A stretch of DNA of 64,000 bases, from contig CAVTRY010000011.1 in the NCBI GenBank assembly GCA_963737265.1, forward strand, positions 1,280,001 through 1,344,000. The letters are read 5' to 3'. Under the pieces are notes generated by a model. It saw only the letters and a program-made list of their open reading frames with translations. It searched no databases and was not told the DNA's origin. The position numbers and the translations under genes were made by a program. Shown here piece by piece: positions 10,254 through 23,947 of the stretch. The DNA comes from an uncultured delta proteobacterium. GTDB lineage: Bacteria > Myxococcota_A > Polyangia > Fen-1088. How positions within the stretch are numbered: the stretch's first letter is position 1; each line of letters starts with the position of its first letter.

Positions 10254-10490
10254 CGCCGGATCGGCTCCCGGATCAGGCAAGGAGGATACGCGCGCAGGCT
10301 TTTGCAGATCCATGGGCGTAGTTGAGGTAAGAACGTAAGAACGAATCGAAACACTTGTGCAACAAACCAGATTTGCCAACGCGCTCAGGCCCCAGAAACC
10401 GGGTCAAGCGCGCTGCGACGACGCTATTGGGACGAACCTGACTCGCTCAGTCACAGTTCTCCGACGCTCAAAAAAGCCGCTTCGATTAGA

Positions 10491-10620
10491 GTATGGCCAG
10501 GCGACGGCCACGGCGAGGTGGGAACGGATCTCGCCGGCCGACCCGGCGGCGATGCGGTAGTGGTGCGGACGATCCTGACCCGACAGACTTGCGGCGGCGA
10601 CGGCGATCGACGCGGGCTGG
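10491..10620 (-). pseudogene. degenerate four-helix-bundle (23S rRNA IVP-like) gene fragment
   Basis: ASIAVAAASLSGQDRPHHYRIAAGSAGEIRSHLAVAVAWPY resembles the family motif IAxGSxxE; no start or N-terminus. Confidence 0.5.
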
Positions 10621-10655
10621 TAGTGCTTCCGTGCGCGCCATGCGATAGTCGAGTC

Positions 10656-11708
10656 GTGGTTCCTCCGAGTTTCATTCCCGAGCTCGTGCCGGTGCACTTT
10701 CCGGAGCTGGAAAACGCCGTCATCGAGCCGCTGGGCAACGGACTTATCAACCAAACTTTCCTGGCCGTGGCGGACGGGAAACGCTTCGTGTTGCAGCGTT
10801 TGGCCCCCATCTTCGCGCCGCGTATCAACGAAAACATCGCTGCCGTGACTCGCGCCCTGGCGACAGCCGGGCTTACCACGCCATCGCTCGTCGCAACCCG
10901 CGAAGGACGGCTGTGGCTCGACCTTGGTCAGAAAGACGGCGTGTGGCGCCTGCAGACCTTCGTGGCGGGCCATTCTTTCGACAAGGTTCACAGCCTCGCG
11001 CAGGCGCGCGCAGCCGGCGCCCTGGTGGCGCGCTTCCATCGCGCCCTCGAAGGTGTCGCGCACCCATTCGTCGGCATTCGCGAAGACGTGCACGATACGG
11101 CGAAGCATCTTGTTCGCCTGCGCGCAGCGCTTTCCCGCCACGCCGACCACCGTCTGATTCCCAAGGTTCGTCCGCTGGCCGAATCGATCCTGAGCCGGGC
11201 TGAAAAGCTCCCGCCCCTGCCGGAGCTACCGCCGCGCATTTGCCACGGCGACCTCAAGCTCAACAACATTCTCTTCGCCGGCGCCGAAGCCCCAGCCTCG
11301 GAGGAGGCTCTTTGTCTCATCGACTTGGACACCGTCGGTCCCATGTCGCTGGCCTATGAGCTCGGCGACGCCTGGCGATCCTGGTGCAACCAGAGCGGCG
11401 AAGATGCTGCGCAAGCGAGCATCAATCTAGCCGCCATGCGAGAGTCGCTCGCGGGCTATACCGCCGCTCTCGGGCGCGCCCTCGCCGAGCGGGAGCGTCG
11501 CGCATTGTTGGGCGGAGTCGAGTGGGTAAGCCTTGAGCTGGCCAGCCGTTTCGCCGCCGATGCTCTCGATGAGCGCTACTTCGGCTGGGATCCCTTGCGC
11601 CACGTCAGCCGCGGCGACCACAACCTCGTCCGCGGGAGTGGACAACTGGCCCTGCACGAGGCCTTCGTGGCAACCCGAGCCGAGCGGAAAAACATGCTCG
11701 GGCTATGA
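10656..11708 (+). CDS. aminoglycoside phosphotransferase-family kinase (NahK-like)
   Basis: LGNGLINQTF, HGDLKLNNIL, LIDLDT; start approximate. Confidence 0.85.
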   Translation: MVPPSFIPELVPVHFPELENAVIEPLGNGLINQTFLAVADGKRFVLQRLAPIFAPRINENIAAVTRALATAGLTTPSLVATREGRLWLDLGQKDGVWRLQTFVAGHSFDKVHSLAQARAAGALVARFHRALEGVAHPFVGIREDVHDTAKHLVRLRAALSRHADHRLIPKVRPLAESILSRAEKLPPLPELPPRICHGDLKLNNILFAGAEAPASEEALCLIDLDTVGPMSLAYELGDAWRSWCNQSGEDAAQASINLAAMRESLAGYTAALGRALAERERRALLGGVEWVSLELASRFAADALDERYFGWDPLRHVSRGDHNLVRGSGQLALHEAFVATRAERKNMLGL

Positions 11709-11753
11709 ACACTTATCGGAGGTAGTTCCGTTAGCTTGCTCTCATGGTGATAA

Positions 11754-13517
11754 CTAGCTCTTGCGGAACGGGTGGCCGCGGCGGGCTTGGTAGGCTTCGA
11801 GGTAGAGGCGCTCATAGTCAGCGGCGGCCCGATCCCAGGAGAAATCCTGCTGCATGGCCCGTTTGCGCATGGCCGCGATGTGCTGGGGCCGGTCGAAGTA
11901 GGTCGACAGCGCCCAACCGATGGTGTCGGCGATGGCCCCGGGACTAAGATCCCAGAAGATGAATCCAGTCCCATTTCCATTCGACTGATCGTAGTTCGAT
12001 ACGGTGTCGAGAAGGCCACCCGTGCCGCGCACGATGGGCAAGGTGCCATAGCGCTGACTGTACATCTGGTTGAGTCCGCAGGGCTCGAAACGCGATGGCA
12101 TGAGCAGAAAATCCACCCCGGCCTCGATCCTGTGCGCCAGTCTCTCGTCGAAGCCGATGAAGGCGCGGAACCTGTCGCCGCGCACGGCCGCCAGATGGGA
12201 AAAGAAACGCTCGGCTTCCGGATCGCCATTGCCGAGCAAAATCATCTGTAAGTCCCAAGCCAGGATCCGGTCCAGCGCGTGCGCCAGCACGTCGAACCCC
12301 TTCTGTGGAGTCAAGCGTCCGACCACGCCGAAGACGGGCACGTCGGGACGAACCGGCAACCCGAGCTGCTGTTGCAGGGCCGCCTTGCACGTCGCCTTAG
12401 CCGTGAAGTCGTCTGCGCTGAAAGGCGCCGCGATGTACGGATCTTGGGCTGGGTTCCACTCATGCGTGTCGATGCCGTTGAGCACGCCGCGCAAGTCGTG
12501 GCTGCGTAGAGCCAACTCACCGTCCAGACCGAAGCCGTAGGCGGACGTCTGAATCTCGCGGGCGTAGGTCGGACTTACCGTGGAAAGAAGGTTCGCATGC
12601 CGGATCGCGGCCTTCATCAGGTTCATGTCGCCGAAATGTTCGAACTCGAAGGAATTGTAGTGCTGCGATCCGAGGCCCGTGATGAACAGTGCCCCGCTTT
12701 CGAAGTTCCCTTGGTAGGCCAGGTTGTGAATCGTGAACAGGGTTCCCGCACCGTGAAGTGGCTTCGACCATTCGACCGTGTTCACGTACACTGGCACGAG
12801 CGCGGTCTGCCAGTCGTTGGCGTGAATCACATCGGGAATAAATCCGAGGGTCTTGCATGCCTCGAGCGCGGCGCGCGAAAGAAAAGAGAAGCGTTCCAGG
12901 TTGTCGGGATAGGCTTGGCCGGGCGGACCGTAGAGATAGGGACGGTCGAAGAAGCGGTTATACTCGATGAAGTAGACTGGAACGTCGCTGCCCGGCAGAT
13001 GGCCCATGCGCACGCCGGCCCGGGCCTGCCCAAAGTACATGGGCACGGACAACATGCCGTCCAGGCGTTCAAGCGTGTTCCAGGGGATGCCTTGATAAAG
13101 CGGCATCACGACGCGTATGTCGATTCCGCGCTGGCGCAAGGCTCGCGGCAACACGCCCGCCACATCGGCAAGACCGCCCGTCTTCCTGAAGGGCGCGATT
13201 TCCGAAGCTACAAACAGCACCTTTAGCGGAGCCGGGCCAGCTTCCGTCACGACGCGCGTCGATGTCACAACCGTGCTGTGAATCGCTGCGGATCTTGCCT
13301 CCCGGACTACGCTCGTCGCCGAAGGCGCTACCTTCGCCGCCGCCTCAACCGCGCGGGCGGACTTCGTCTTCGCGGCTGTCTTGCCGCCCGTGTTTTTGCT
13401 GCCGACTTTCAACGTGGGGCTACTGGGCGTGTCGCTGGTGCGCGGGGGCCGAGCGGAGCCGCTACGACGCGTAGATCCGGTAGTCGATGTCCGGGAAGAT
13501 GTTGTCTTGTGCTTCAA
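11754..13517 (-). CDS. glgA: glycogen synthase
   Basis: KTGGLADV, IHANDWQT, TIHNLAYQG, MPSRFEPCGLNQ; low-complexity N-terminal extension, start uncertain. Confidence 0.95.
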   Translation of the reverse strand: MKHKTTSSRTSTTGSTRRSGSARPPRTSDTPSSPTLKVGSKNTGGKTAAKTKSARAVEAAAKVAPSATSVVREARSAAIHSTVVTSTRVVTEAGPAPLKVLFVASEIAPFRKTGGLADVAGVLPRALRQRGIDIRVVMPLYQGIPWNTLERLDGMLSVPMYFGQARAGVRMGHLPGSDVPVYFIEYNRFFDRPYLYGPPGQAYPDNLERFSFLSRAALEACKTLGFIPDVIHANDWQTALVPVYVNTVEWSKPLHGAGTLFTIHNLAYQGNFESGALFITGLGSQHYNSFEFEHFGDMNLMKAAIRHANLLSTVSPTYAREIQTSAYGFGLDGELALRSHDLRGVLNGIDTHEWNPAQDPYIAAPFSADDFTAKATCKAALQQQLGLPVRPDVPVFGVVGRLTPQKGFDVLAHALDRILAWDLQMILLGNGDPEAERFFSHLAAVRGDRFRAFIGFDERLAHRIEAGVDFLLMPSRFEPCGLNQMYSQRYGTLPIVRGTGGLLDTVSNYDQSNGNGTGFIFWDLSPGAIADTIGWALSTYFDRPQHIAAMRKRAMQQDFSWDRAAADYERLYLEAYQARRGHPFRKS

Positions 13518-15048
13518 CGGATGCCAGGTACTGCTCGTCCACCTTCCCCTGCTTCAGATCATCGTAAAGCCGGGAGAAGCGGATCACGTGTTCGTTGAAT
13601 CGTCGGGTCGCATAAGGAACTGTTGTTCCGGTGGACATAATGAAGGTCCAGTCGCTCGCCTGGGCAAGCATGAGCTCGCGCGCCGCCTGCTTGAGCGCGC
13701 GCACCGTCAGCGGATTCGACGCGCCCCAATGGCCGCGGGCCAATTCGACCATGCGCTCGCCCGCGGCGTGGATGTGGCGCCAGGTCCAGGCATTGGTTTC
13801 GTTTAGCCACTGTTCGCCGTAACCCTTGAGCCCCCACGACGACGCGCACGGCGTGGCGAGCTGGTTGGTGGCGTGCTTGTCGAGGTACTCGCTCGGCGTG
13901 ATGGGCTGCACCGTGCTTTGATCGAAGTGGAGCTGCCGGAAGAGATCGGCCAGGAAGATTGGGCCTTCGTACCACCAGTGGCCGTACAATTCGGCGTCGT
14001 AGGGGCTGACGATGATGGGCGGGCGATCCATGCCTGCGGCCAGCCGCTCGACCTGTTTTTCCATGTTGCCGCGGAAATGCGAGGCGTGCAGCCCGGCCTT
14101 GCCGCGCGCGACGTCGGGATCGTAGACCCACTTGTCGTGCAACTTGCCATGGGTGATGGCGTGGTACTTGAATCCGGTGTACATCCGGTGCCCTTCCGGG
14201 TGGATGTGCGGGCCGATGTAGTCGATGGGCAGATCGAAGCCGATGTCGCGATAGAAATCGCGGTAGTGCGGATCGCCCGGATAGCCGAACTTGGCGCTCC
14301 ACACCTGCTCTGACGATTCCGTGTCGCGGCCAAACGCGGCCACGCCAGTCGCGCAGTAAATCGGCGCGTACACGTCGTACACGGGCCGCCGGTCAGCGAA
14401 CAGGATGCTGTGGCTGTCCACGAAGAAGTAGCGGATCGCGGCCTCGCGCAGAAGCTCGTCCACTCCCGGGGTGTAGCCGCACTCACCCAGCCACATGCCA
14501 GCCGGCCTGCGCCCGAAGTGCTTTTCGTAGTAATCGGCCGCGGTGTGAACTTGGGCGCGCAAGGCAGCCCAGTTGCGATCGAGTAGCGGAAAAAATGCGT
14601 GGGTCGCCGTCGAGGTGATGACCTCGAGTCCGCCAGCGTCCTGAAGCTTGCGAAAGGCGCCGACTAGGTTGCCTTCGTGGCAGCGCCAGGTGTGGCGCAG
14701 GCTGTGAAAGCGGCTGTGGTACATCTCGGCGAGCCTGCGGTAATGCGGCTCGCTCTTCGTCCGATCCATTTCCTTTTCGGCCAGAAGGATCAGGTCGTCG
14801 AGGTGGTCGGCATAGCGCACCTTAAGCAGGTCGTCGGTCAGCATCGCGATGAGCGGCGCGGACAGGGAGACCGTGCAGCGATAAGGCACGTGGTCGGACT
14901 GCAACCCTTCGAACATTTGCAAAAGCGGCAAATACGTTCCGGTGATGGCCTCGTAGAGCCATTGTTCCTCCATCACCGTCGGATCCTCGGGGTGACGGAC
15001 GAAGGGAAGGTGAGCGTGCAAAACGAGAGCGAAGTATCCGGTAGGCAT
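13462..15048 (-). CDS. GH57 1,4-alpha-glucan branching enzyme (DUF1957)
   Basis: LVLHAHLPFVRHPE, GMWLGECGY, PYDAELYGHWWYEG, LAQASDWTF, DNIFP. Confidence 0.93.
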   Translation of the reverse strand: MPTGYFALVLHAHLPFVRHPEDPTVMEEQWLYEAITGTYLPLLQMFEGLQSDHVPYRCTVSLSAPLIAMLTDDLLKVRYADHLDDLILLAEKEMDRTKSEPHYRRLAEMYHSRFHSLRHTWRCHEGNLVGAFRKLQDAGGLEVITSTATHAFFPLLDRNWAALRAQVHTAADYYEKHFGRRPAGMWLGECGYTPGVDELLREAAIRYFFVDSHSILFADRRPVYDVYAPIYCATGVAAFGRDTESSEQVWSAKFGYPGDPHYRDFYRDIGFDLPIDYIGPHIHPEGHRMYTGFKYHAITHGKLHDKWVYDPDVARGKAGLHASHFRGNMEKQVERLAAGMDRPPIIVSPYDAELYGHWWYEGPIFLADLFRQLHFDQSTVQPITPSEYLDKHATNQLATPCASSWGLKGYGEQWLNETNAWTWRHIHAAGERMVELARGHWGASNPLTVRALKQAARELMLAQASDWTFIMSTGTTVPYATRRFNEHVIRFSRLYDDLKQGKVDEQYLASVEAQDNIFPDIDYRIYAS

Positions 15049-15053
15049 GACGG

Positions 15054-16766
15054 CTATTCCTTGTTACCGAGTCCTGAACCAATCGAGTCGGGGGACGGAT
15101 AGTGGCCGTCGGTCGAGGCGTGCGATGCCGGCGCCTCGCCGTTTGACTGGCCGCCGGCCAGCCGACCTTCGCTGCCCCCACCCAGAACTTGTTCGCTCGC
15201 GCCACCCAGCCGCAATTCGCTGGCGCCCCCTATCAGCCGTTCGCTTGCCCCGCGCAGACGCAGCTCGCTCGCGCCCTGATACTGGGTTTCGCTCGCGCCA
15301 CGCATCTTGTACTGGCTCGCCCCCATGAAGAGTCGTTCGCTTGCCCCGCGCGCGCGAAACTCACTGGCACCCAAGAAGAAGACCTCGGACGCTCCGCCCA
15401 GCCGCAGCTCGCTGGCATAGCGCCAGCGCTGCTCGCTCGCCCCCATGAGCAGCCTTTCGGAGCTACCCGGAATCGCGTATTCCCTCGCCTCGGAACCCAC
15501 GATGTCCGCCGTCTCCTCGGAGATCCACGAGCGATAGATTTCCCACCGTGCGACCACCGCGCGCCCCTGGAAAGAACCGACACCCCTGATCACAACCTGC
15601 CACGGACCGTGCACGATGTGGGTGCGACCGCCGACGCGATAGACGCGCGCCGGCCCGACGAAGTCCTCGCGGACCGGCTCGGGAGCGCTGACCGGATAGG
15701 TGAACGGTCCCGCCTCCCAGGCCGAGACCATAACCGGACTTTCCCAGTTGATTTGGCGGTGAATCTCGGTCGTGCCGTCGGTGAAGTGCTCCTCCCATTC
15801 CACGACATCCTTGCGCCCGCCCTCGTCCGTAGTAATGGATTCCTCCCACGGCAGCAGTGCGACGTGGCGTCGCTGACCCGGTGCTGGGATTCCCGCCGTC
15901 GGCGTGGTCGCAGCTGCCGCAAGGCCCGGCGCTTGCCGGCGCATGTGAGGGCCGCGGCCCGCGTGTTCGACCTGGCCCAAGAACGAACGCACGCTCAGCC
16001 ACTCGGGCTCGCCCCACGGCGCCGGCTCGCGCCGCGAAAACTCCACCCGGCCGGAACGAACGATTTTTTCGAAGTAGCCCTCGTTCGACTTGAGGCCGAT
16101 GTCGACGAAGGCCGACGACGACGGTTTCCCAATCTGGAAAAACCAGTGTCGGTCGCCGCGGTCGATCCGATGGTCGAAGTAAGAATGGGCGTTGGTGCCG
16201 TCGAAAATACGATCAGTGGTGTCGTAGATGCGCAGATTCAGCCAGGCGTCCTTGCCCGCCGCGCCCAAATGCGCGCGAACTCGTTCGATCGAATCATCGG
16301 TGACCTCCCAGTAGACAAACAGTCGGTCGGGATCCACGTCCATTCCGGTCACGCGATCGTAGCCATAAGACCAGGGAATCGTCGCCGGAGGCTCGGCCTT
16401 GGCGTGCTCACGTACCTCGAACTTGTGCGACAGAACCGAGTCGGATCCATCGCCGGCATCGGGCGATTCCTTTTCGCCGTCGCCTGCGAGCAACCGTTCG
16501 CCTTGGGCGGGCCGGGGTTTCGCGGGCACCGGCGCAGGCGCCAGGCGCGCGCTGAAATCGTCGGCGACCCGCAGGGCGAGCTCTTCCTTGCTCAGCTTGG
16601 AAACTCCCTTTAGTTGCAACCGTTTGGCGCATTCGAAGAGCTGCCGCTGCGTAAATTTGGCCAGGCTCTTGCGATCGAGCTTGGTCAGCTCGTCGCTGTT
16701 TTTGATTCCTAGTGCCGCCGCGGCACGTTCAAGCACCTTGTCCTCCGATGGCTTACCTGTCCCCAT
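15054..16766 (-). CDS. DUF4912-domain protein with Rho-N-like N-terminus and GASE repeats
   Basis: VDPDRLFVYWEV..LRIYDTT..HWFF; SKLSKEEL Rho-N-like motif; upstream of the GH57 branching enzyme. Confidence 0.85.
   Translation of the reverse strand: MGTGKPSEDKVLERAAAALGIKNSDELTKLDRKSLAKFTQRQLFECAKRLQLKGVSKLSKEELALRVADDFSARLAPAPVPAKPRPAQGERLLAGDGEKESPDAGDGSDSVLSHKFEVREHAKAEPPATIPWSYGYDRVTGMDVDPDRLFVYWEVTDDSIERVRAHLGAAGKDAWLNLRIYDTTDRIFDGTNAHSYFDHRIDRGDRHWFFQIGKPSSSAFVDIGLKSNEGYFEKIVRSGRVEFSRREPAPWGEPEWLSVRSFLGQVEHAGRGPHMRRQAPGLAAAATTPTAGIPAPGQRRHVALLPWEESITTDEGGRKDVVEWEEHFTDGTTEIHRQINWESPVMVSAWEAGPFTYPVSAPEPVREDFVGPARVYRVGGRTHIVHGPWQVVIRGVGSFQGRAVVARWEIYRSWISEETADIVGSEAREYAIPGSSERLLMGASEQRWRYASELRLGGASEVFFLGASEFRARGASERLFMGASQYKMRGASETQYQGASELRLRGASERLIGGASELRLGGASEQVLGGGSEGRLAGGQSNGEAPASHASTDGHYPSPDSIGSGLGNKE
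15168..15467 (-). repeat. 13 x 8-aa (24-nt) xxxxGASE coding repeat
   Basis: GSSE RLLM GASE QRWR YASE LRLG GASE ... QVLG GGSE. Confidence 0.9.
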
Positions 16767-16863
16767 AGCGCAATGACATTAACCCATTAGCGGCGCTCCC
16801 GCCCGTTTCTAAGCTGTTTCGGGTCGCATTTTGGAACGCGACGCGCTGGCCCGCATTCCCGTG

Positions 16864-17199
16864 TCAAACCGCGCGGGGAAGAAAGGCAAATCCGACCGCG
16901 GCAAGCAGCAACGCGAACGCCACTAGGTGATTCCAACGTGGTGCCTCGCCCAGCCACAGCGCGGAGAAGCCGACGAACACGGCCAGCGTGATGACCTCCT
17001 GGATGATTTTGAGCTGGTAGGCCGTGAACTGTCCGTACCCCCAGCGGTTGGCTGGAACTTGCAAACAGTATTCGAAAAATGCGATGCACCAACTCGCCAG
17101 CACGACCTTCCACAAGGCCACGCCTCTGAAACGAAGGTGGCCATACCAAGCCGCGGTCATAAAAACGTTGCTGAGCAGCAGAAGAACCACCGTACGCAT
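16864..17199 (-). CDS. DMT family small membrane protein (DUF486-like)
   Basis: SNVFMTAAWYGHL, EYCLQVPANR, QLKIIQEVITL. Confidence 0.9.
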   Translation of the reverse strand: MRTVVLLLLSNVFMTAAWYGHLRFRGVALWKVVLASWCIAFFEYCLQVPANRWGYGQFTAYQLKIIQEVITLAVFVGFSALWLGEAPRWNHLVAFALLLAAVGFAFLPRAV

Positions 17200-17257
17200 G
17201 GGCCCTTGCCTACCAGGCATCGGGAAGTCGTACAACGCGTGCTATGGTTCGCACTCC

Positions 17258-18355
17258 ATGCGCATTGGCGATATCGATATCGGTCCGGGCGCGCTGCTCG
17301 CGCCCATGGAAGCGGTGACCGATCTGCCCTTTCGCACCGTGTGCGAGGAACATGGCGCCGCGTTGACCTACACCGAATTCCTTTCGGCGGAAGCGCTCAC
17401 GCGCGGGGCGGTCAAGGCCACCAGCCGCATGTTGGCCAGCTTGGGCGGCCAGCGCTTCGCGGTGCAGGTCTTCGGCCGCGAGCCGGAGGTGGTGGCCCGT
17501 GCGGCGCAGATGGCGGCGGACATCGGCGCGAGCATCGTCGACATCAACATGGGATGCCCGGCCCGCAAGGTGACGGCGGGCCTGTGCGGTTCGGCGCTCA
17601 TGCGCGAGCCGGATTTGGCGGCACGTATGGTGGACGCCGTGCGCGCGGCCCTGCCCGCCAGTATTCCCGTGACGGTCAAGCATCGCGCCGGCTGGGACGA
17701 TCTTTCGCAAAACGCCGCGGCATTTGCGCGCAGGATGGTCGGCGCGGGCGCTGCGCTCATCACCGTGCACGGACGCACGCGCGCACAGGGTTTCTCGGGC
17801 GGTGTCCGCATGGCGCCCATCGCCGAGACGCGCGCGCTGTTGCCACGCCGGATCCCCGTGGTTGGCAACGGCGACGTGAATTCCGTTGCCGACTACCTGG
17901 ATATGAAGCGGGAGACCGGCTGCGACGCAGTGATGATCGGCCGCGCCGCTCGCGGCAATCCGTGGCTTTTTCGCGACGTCCGCGCCGTCGACGAAGGCCT
18001 GCCCGTTCCCGCACCACCGGGCGTGGACGAACGCCGACGGGTGTGGCGCCGACACGCCGATCTCGTCGCCGAATACGCCGTGCCCAAGATGGTGTTGCAC
18101 GAGCTGCGCAAGACGTTGGCCTGGTACTCGCGCGGGCTTCACGGCGGCGCAAATCTGCGCCATCGTTGTTTTTCCGAGGACAGCCCGCAAGCCTTGCTCG
18201 ACATGGGCGAGGCGTTCTTCGCCGATCTAGAAGAACGCGAAGCAAGCCACGTTGGCGACCTGCGCGAGCCGCCGGTACCACTCGAAATCAAGTGCTCGGA
18301 TCGCCACGCGCGCCGCCAGAGCCGCATCGAGGAGATCGCAAGGTGCAACGGTTGA
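17258..18355 (+). CDS. dusB: tRNA-dihydrouridine synthase B
   Basis: LAPMEAVTDLPFR, DINMGCP, VHGRT, NGDV, MIGR. Confidence 0.88.
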   Translation: MRIGDIDIGPGALLAPMEAVTDLPFRTVCEEHGAALTYTEFLSAEALTRGAVKATSRMLASLGGQRFAVQVFGREPEVVARAAQMAADIGASIVDINMGCPARKVTAGLCGSALMREPDLAARMVDAVRAALPASIPVTVKHRAGWDDLSQNAAAFARRMVGAGAALITVHGRTRAQGFSGGVRMAPIAETRALLPRRIPVVGNGDVNSVADYLDMKRETGCDAVMIGRAARGNPWLFRDVRAVDEGLPVPAPPGVDERRRVWRRHADLVAEYAVPKMVLHELRKTLAWYSRGLHGGANLRHRCFSEDSPQALLDMGEAFFADLEEREASHVGDLREPPVPLEIKCSDRHARRQSRIEEIARCNG

Positions 18356-18768
18356 TCCCGCTTTTTCTGGCTGCGATCTTTGCTCTTGCGGGCTGCGACG
18401 ATCGCTCGTACCGCGACATCGGCGCGGCCATCAACGTCCTCACCAAACAGAGCGAGGAGTTGCCCGGCCCGGCCATCGCGCGTCTGCGCCAGATCGGCCG
18501 CCGGGCGGTACCGCAGATTGAGACCGCCATGCACACCGCCTCGGCGCGCGGAAAAACCAACCTCATCTCGGTGCTTGCCGCCATCGGCGAACCGGAATCG
18601 GCCGCCATTCTCCAGCACTTCGCCGTCTACGACGCCAGTCCCGAGGTTCGCGCCGCGTGCGAAGACGTGCTTGGGCAATGGGCGGCAGCCGCCGACCGGC
18701 GCAGCCAGCCCGCAAAACAAGCCATCGCGAGAATCCAAGAAAAGCGCAAGCTCGGCCAGGCCGAATAG
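18343..18768 (+). CDS. HEAT-repeat lipoprotein
   Basis: GTG start, lipobox LAGC, helical repeats (D.SPEVRAA). Confidence 0.7.
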   Translation: MQRLIPLFLAAIFALAGCDDRSYRDIGAAINVLTKQSEELPGPAIARLRQIGRRAVPQIETAMHTASARGKTNLISVLAAIGEPESAAILQHFAVYDASPEVRAACEDVLGQWAAAADRRSQPAKQAIARIQEKRKLGQAE

Positions 18769-18790
18769 GCAATCCAGGGTCTCCAAGAGA

Positions 18791-18833
18791 AAGGCCGAGA
18801 AACCTGCTCCGGATGGAGCGGCTTCTCGGCCTT
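18791..18833. terminator. hairpin between convergent genes (putative bidirectional terminator)
   Basis: AAGGCCGAGAA...TTCTCGGCCTT inverted repeat with inner GCTCC/GGAGC stem. Confidence 0.55.
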
Positions 18834-18856
18834 GAATCAATCCGGGCTCTGCAGCC

Positions 18857-22468
<3,612 letters not shown>

Positions 22469-22605
22469 AGCGTTGGTCCTCCCGTAAATTGCTCTATCTG
22501 GGATCAAAAAGCGCCCTGTTCTTACGTCTGCGGCCCGAGGGGCGCAACACAATTTTCGCCCTGCGGGACAGCGCAAGTCACCGATCGAAACACACGAAGT
22601 CCCAT

Positions 22606-23796
22606 CTACATGCGCGGGATGGGAAATGGATAGTCCGGGCGGGCAAACAGAAAGCCCTGGAACCAATCCGCGCCCAGCTCGATCAGGGTCTGGCATTCAT
22701 CCTGGGTTTCCACGCCTTCCGCAACCAGCGGCGTGCCGAGCTCGCGACACAGGGTGGCCAATGCCTGCACCATCTTGCGCTTGGTCGGCGCGCGATCGAT
22801 GCCGCGAATGAGCGACATGTCCAGCTTCACCGCGTCAGGTTCAAGCGCGGCAAAACTATTCAGACCGGAATAGCCTTCGCCGAGGTCGTCGACCGCGATT
22901 TTGTAACCGAGCTTGCGCAGCCGCCCAATGCGATCGTGCGTATCCGGGATCTTCTCGATTGCCATGCGCTCGGTGATCTCGAAGTGGATGCGCGGTGCAA
23001 AAGGCGCAAGCGGGTTGCTCGGATCGTACAGTTGTTCGTCGAGCAGGTCGAGCACGTGCAGGTTGATGAAGACCCCCGGCAAATCGGGATGGTTCGCCAT
23101 GATTTCCGCGATCATTCCGCGCGTCTTTTGGCCAAGGGTGTGCACTTCGCCAAGCGTCTCCGCGACGTTGAGAATTTCAGTGGGTAGATGCACCGTGGTG
23201 TCCGTCGTCCGCATGAGCGCCTCGTACGCAACCACGGACTTGGTCGACCATGAGACGATGGGTTGAAAAGCCATCCACAGGCCGGCAATCGCGCGATTGA
23301 ACTGCTCGCGCAGCACATCGTGCTGTCGCGCCAGCCTTTCGCTCGTATCGAGCAGCTGTCGCTGCCGGCGCACCAAGTGGTAAGCGTGGACGGTCCGCTC
23401 CAGGACTTCCTTGAGCTGCGGCAGCGAGAGCGGCTTGATAAGGTAGCTTTGCGCGCCCCATTCCACCGCGAGGCGCGCGGTTTCGAGCTCCGGGCCGCCG
23501 GTCATCAAAATGACGGGCACGTCCATGTCGCGCCGGCGCACCGCGCGCAAGATTTCGAGCCCGCTGGTGGTCGGCATGTTGATATCGCTGAGGATCACAT
23601 CGAAAGATCGCTCCTTCGCCATTTGTAGCGCCGACTCACCGGTCGTCGCCTCCACGACCTCGTAGTTCCAGGTGCGCAACATGCGAACGCACGCGCGCAT
23701 AAAGGCATCGTCGTCGTCCACGACCAGCACGGCAGGCCGCGGCTCATCTGCCTGAGAGCTCAAGCCGTTGTGCTCGCCTGTCTCTATTGAACACAC
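22606..23796 (-). CDS. response regulator receiver + EAL phosphodiesterase
   Basis: VLVVDDD, SDINMP, YLIKP; FQPIV..YEALMR, VDDLGEGYS, VAEGVET; start approximate. Confidence 0.9.
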   Translation of the reverse strand: MCSIETGEHNGLSSQADEPRPAVLVVDDDDAFMRACVRMLRTWNYEVVEATTGESALQMAKERSFDVILSDINMPTTSGLEILRAVRRRDMDVPVILMTGGPELETARLAVEWGAQSYLIKPLSLPQLKEVLERTVHAYHLVRRQRQLLDTSERLARQHDVLREQFNRAIAGLWMAFQPIVSWSTKSVVAYEALMRTTDTTVHLPTEILNVAETLGEVHTLGQKTRGMIAEIMANHPDLPGVFINLHVLDLLDEQLYDPSNPLAPFAPRIHFEITERMAIEKIPDTHDRIGRLRKLGYKIAVDDLGEGYSGLNSFAALEPDAVKLDMSLIRGIDRAPTKRKMVQALATLCRELGTPLVAEGVETQDECQTLIELGADWFQGFLFARPDYPFPIPRM

Positions 23797-23947
23797 GTTA
23801 CGCACTGAACCATTCGTCAACGGATTCCAACTGCCCTTCCATCGGCAGGACGGCCCGGACATTGAGCGCGATGCCATTTGACCCGCGCCTGCGCTGGCCG
23901 CTCCGATCCCAGGACCAACGCGCTCAGCGTCAGTGTAGCATGCGCGG

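Noticed and set aside
7341-10325. 994-aa ORF as one protein
   Set aside because: Real only to ~8433; the rest is off-frame read-through antisense to the methyltransferase
15168-15467. 24-nt periodic repeats as a CRISPR array
   Set aside because: They are in-frame coding repeats with no spacer-sized unique segments and no cas genes
16927-18768. 613-aa ORF
   Set aside because: Only 18343-18768 is protein-like; the rest is a shadow frame of dusB
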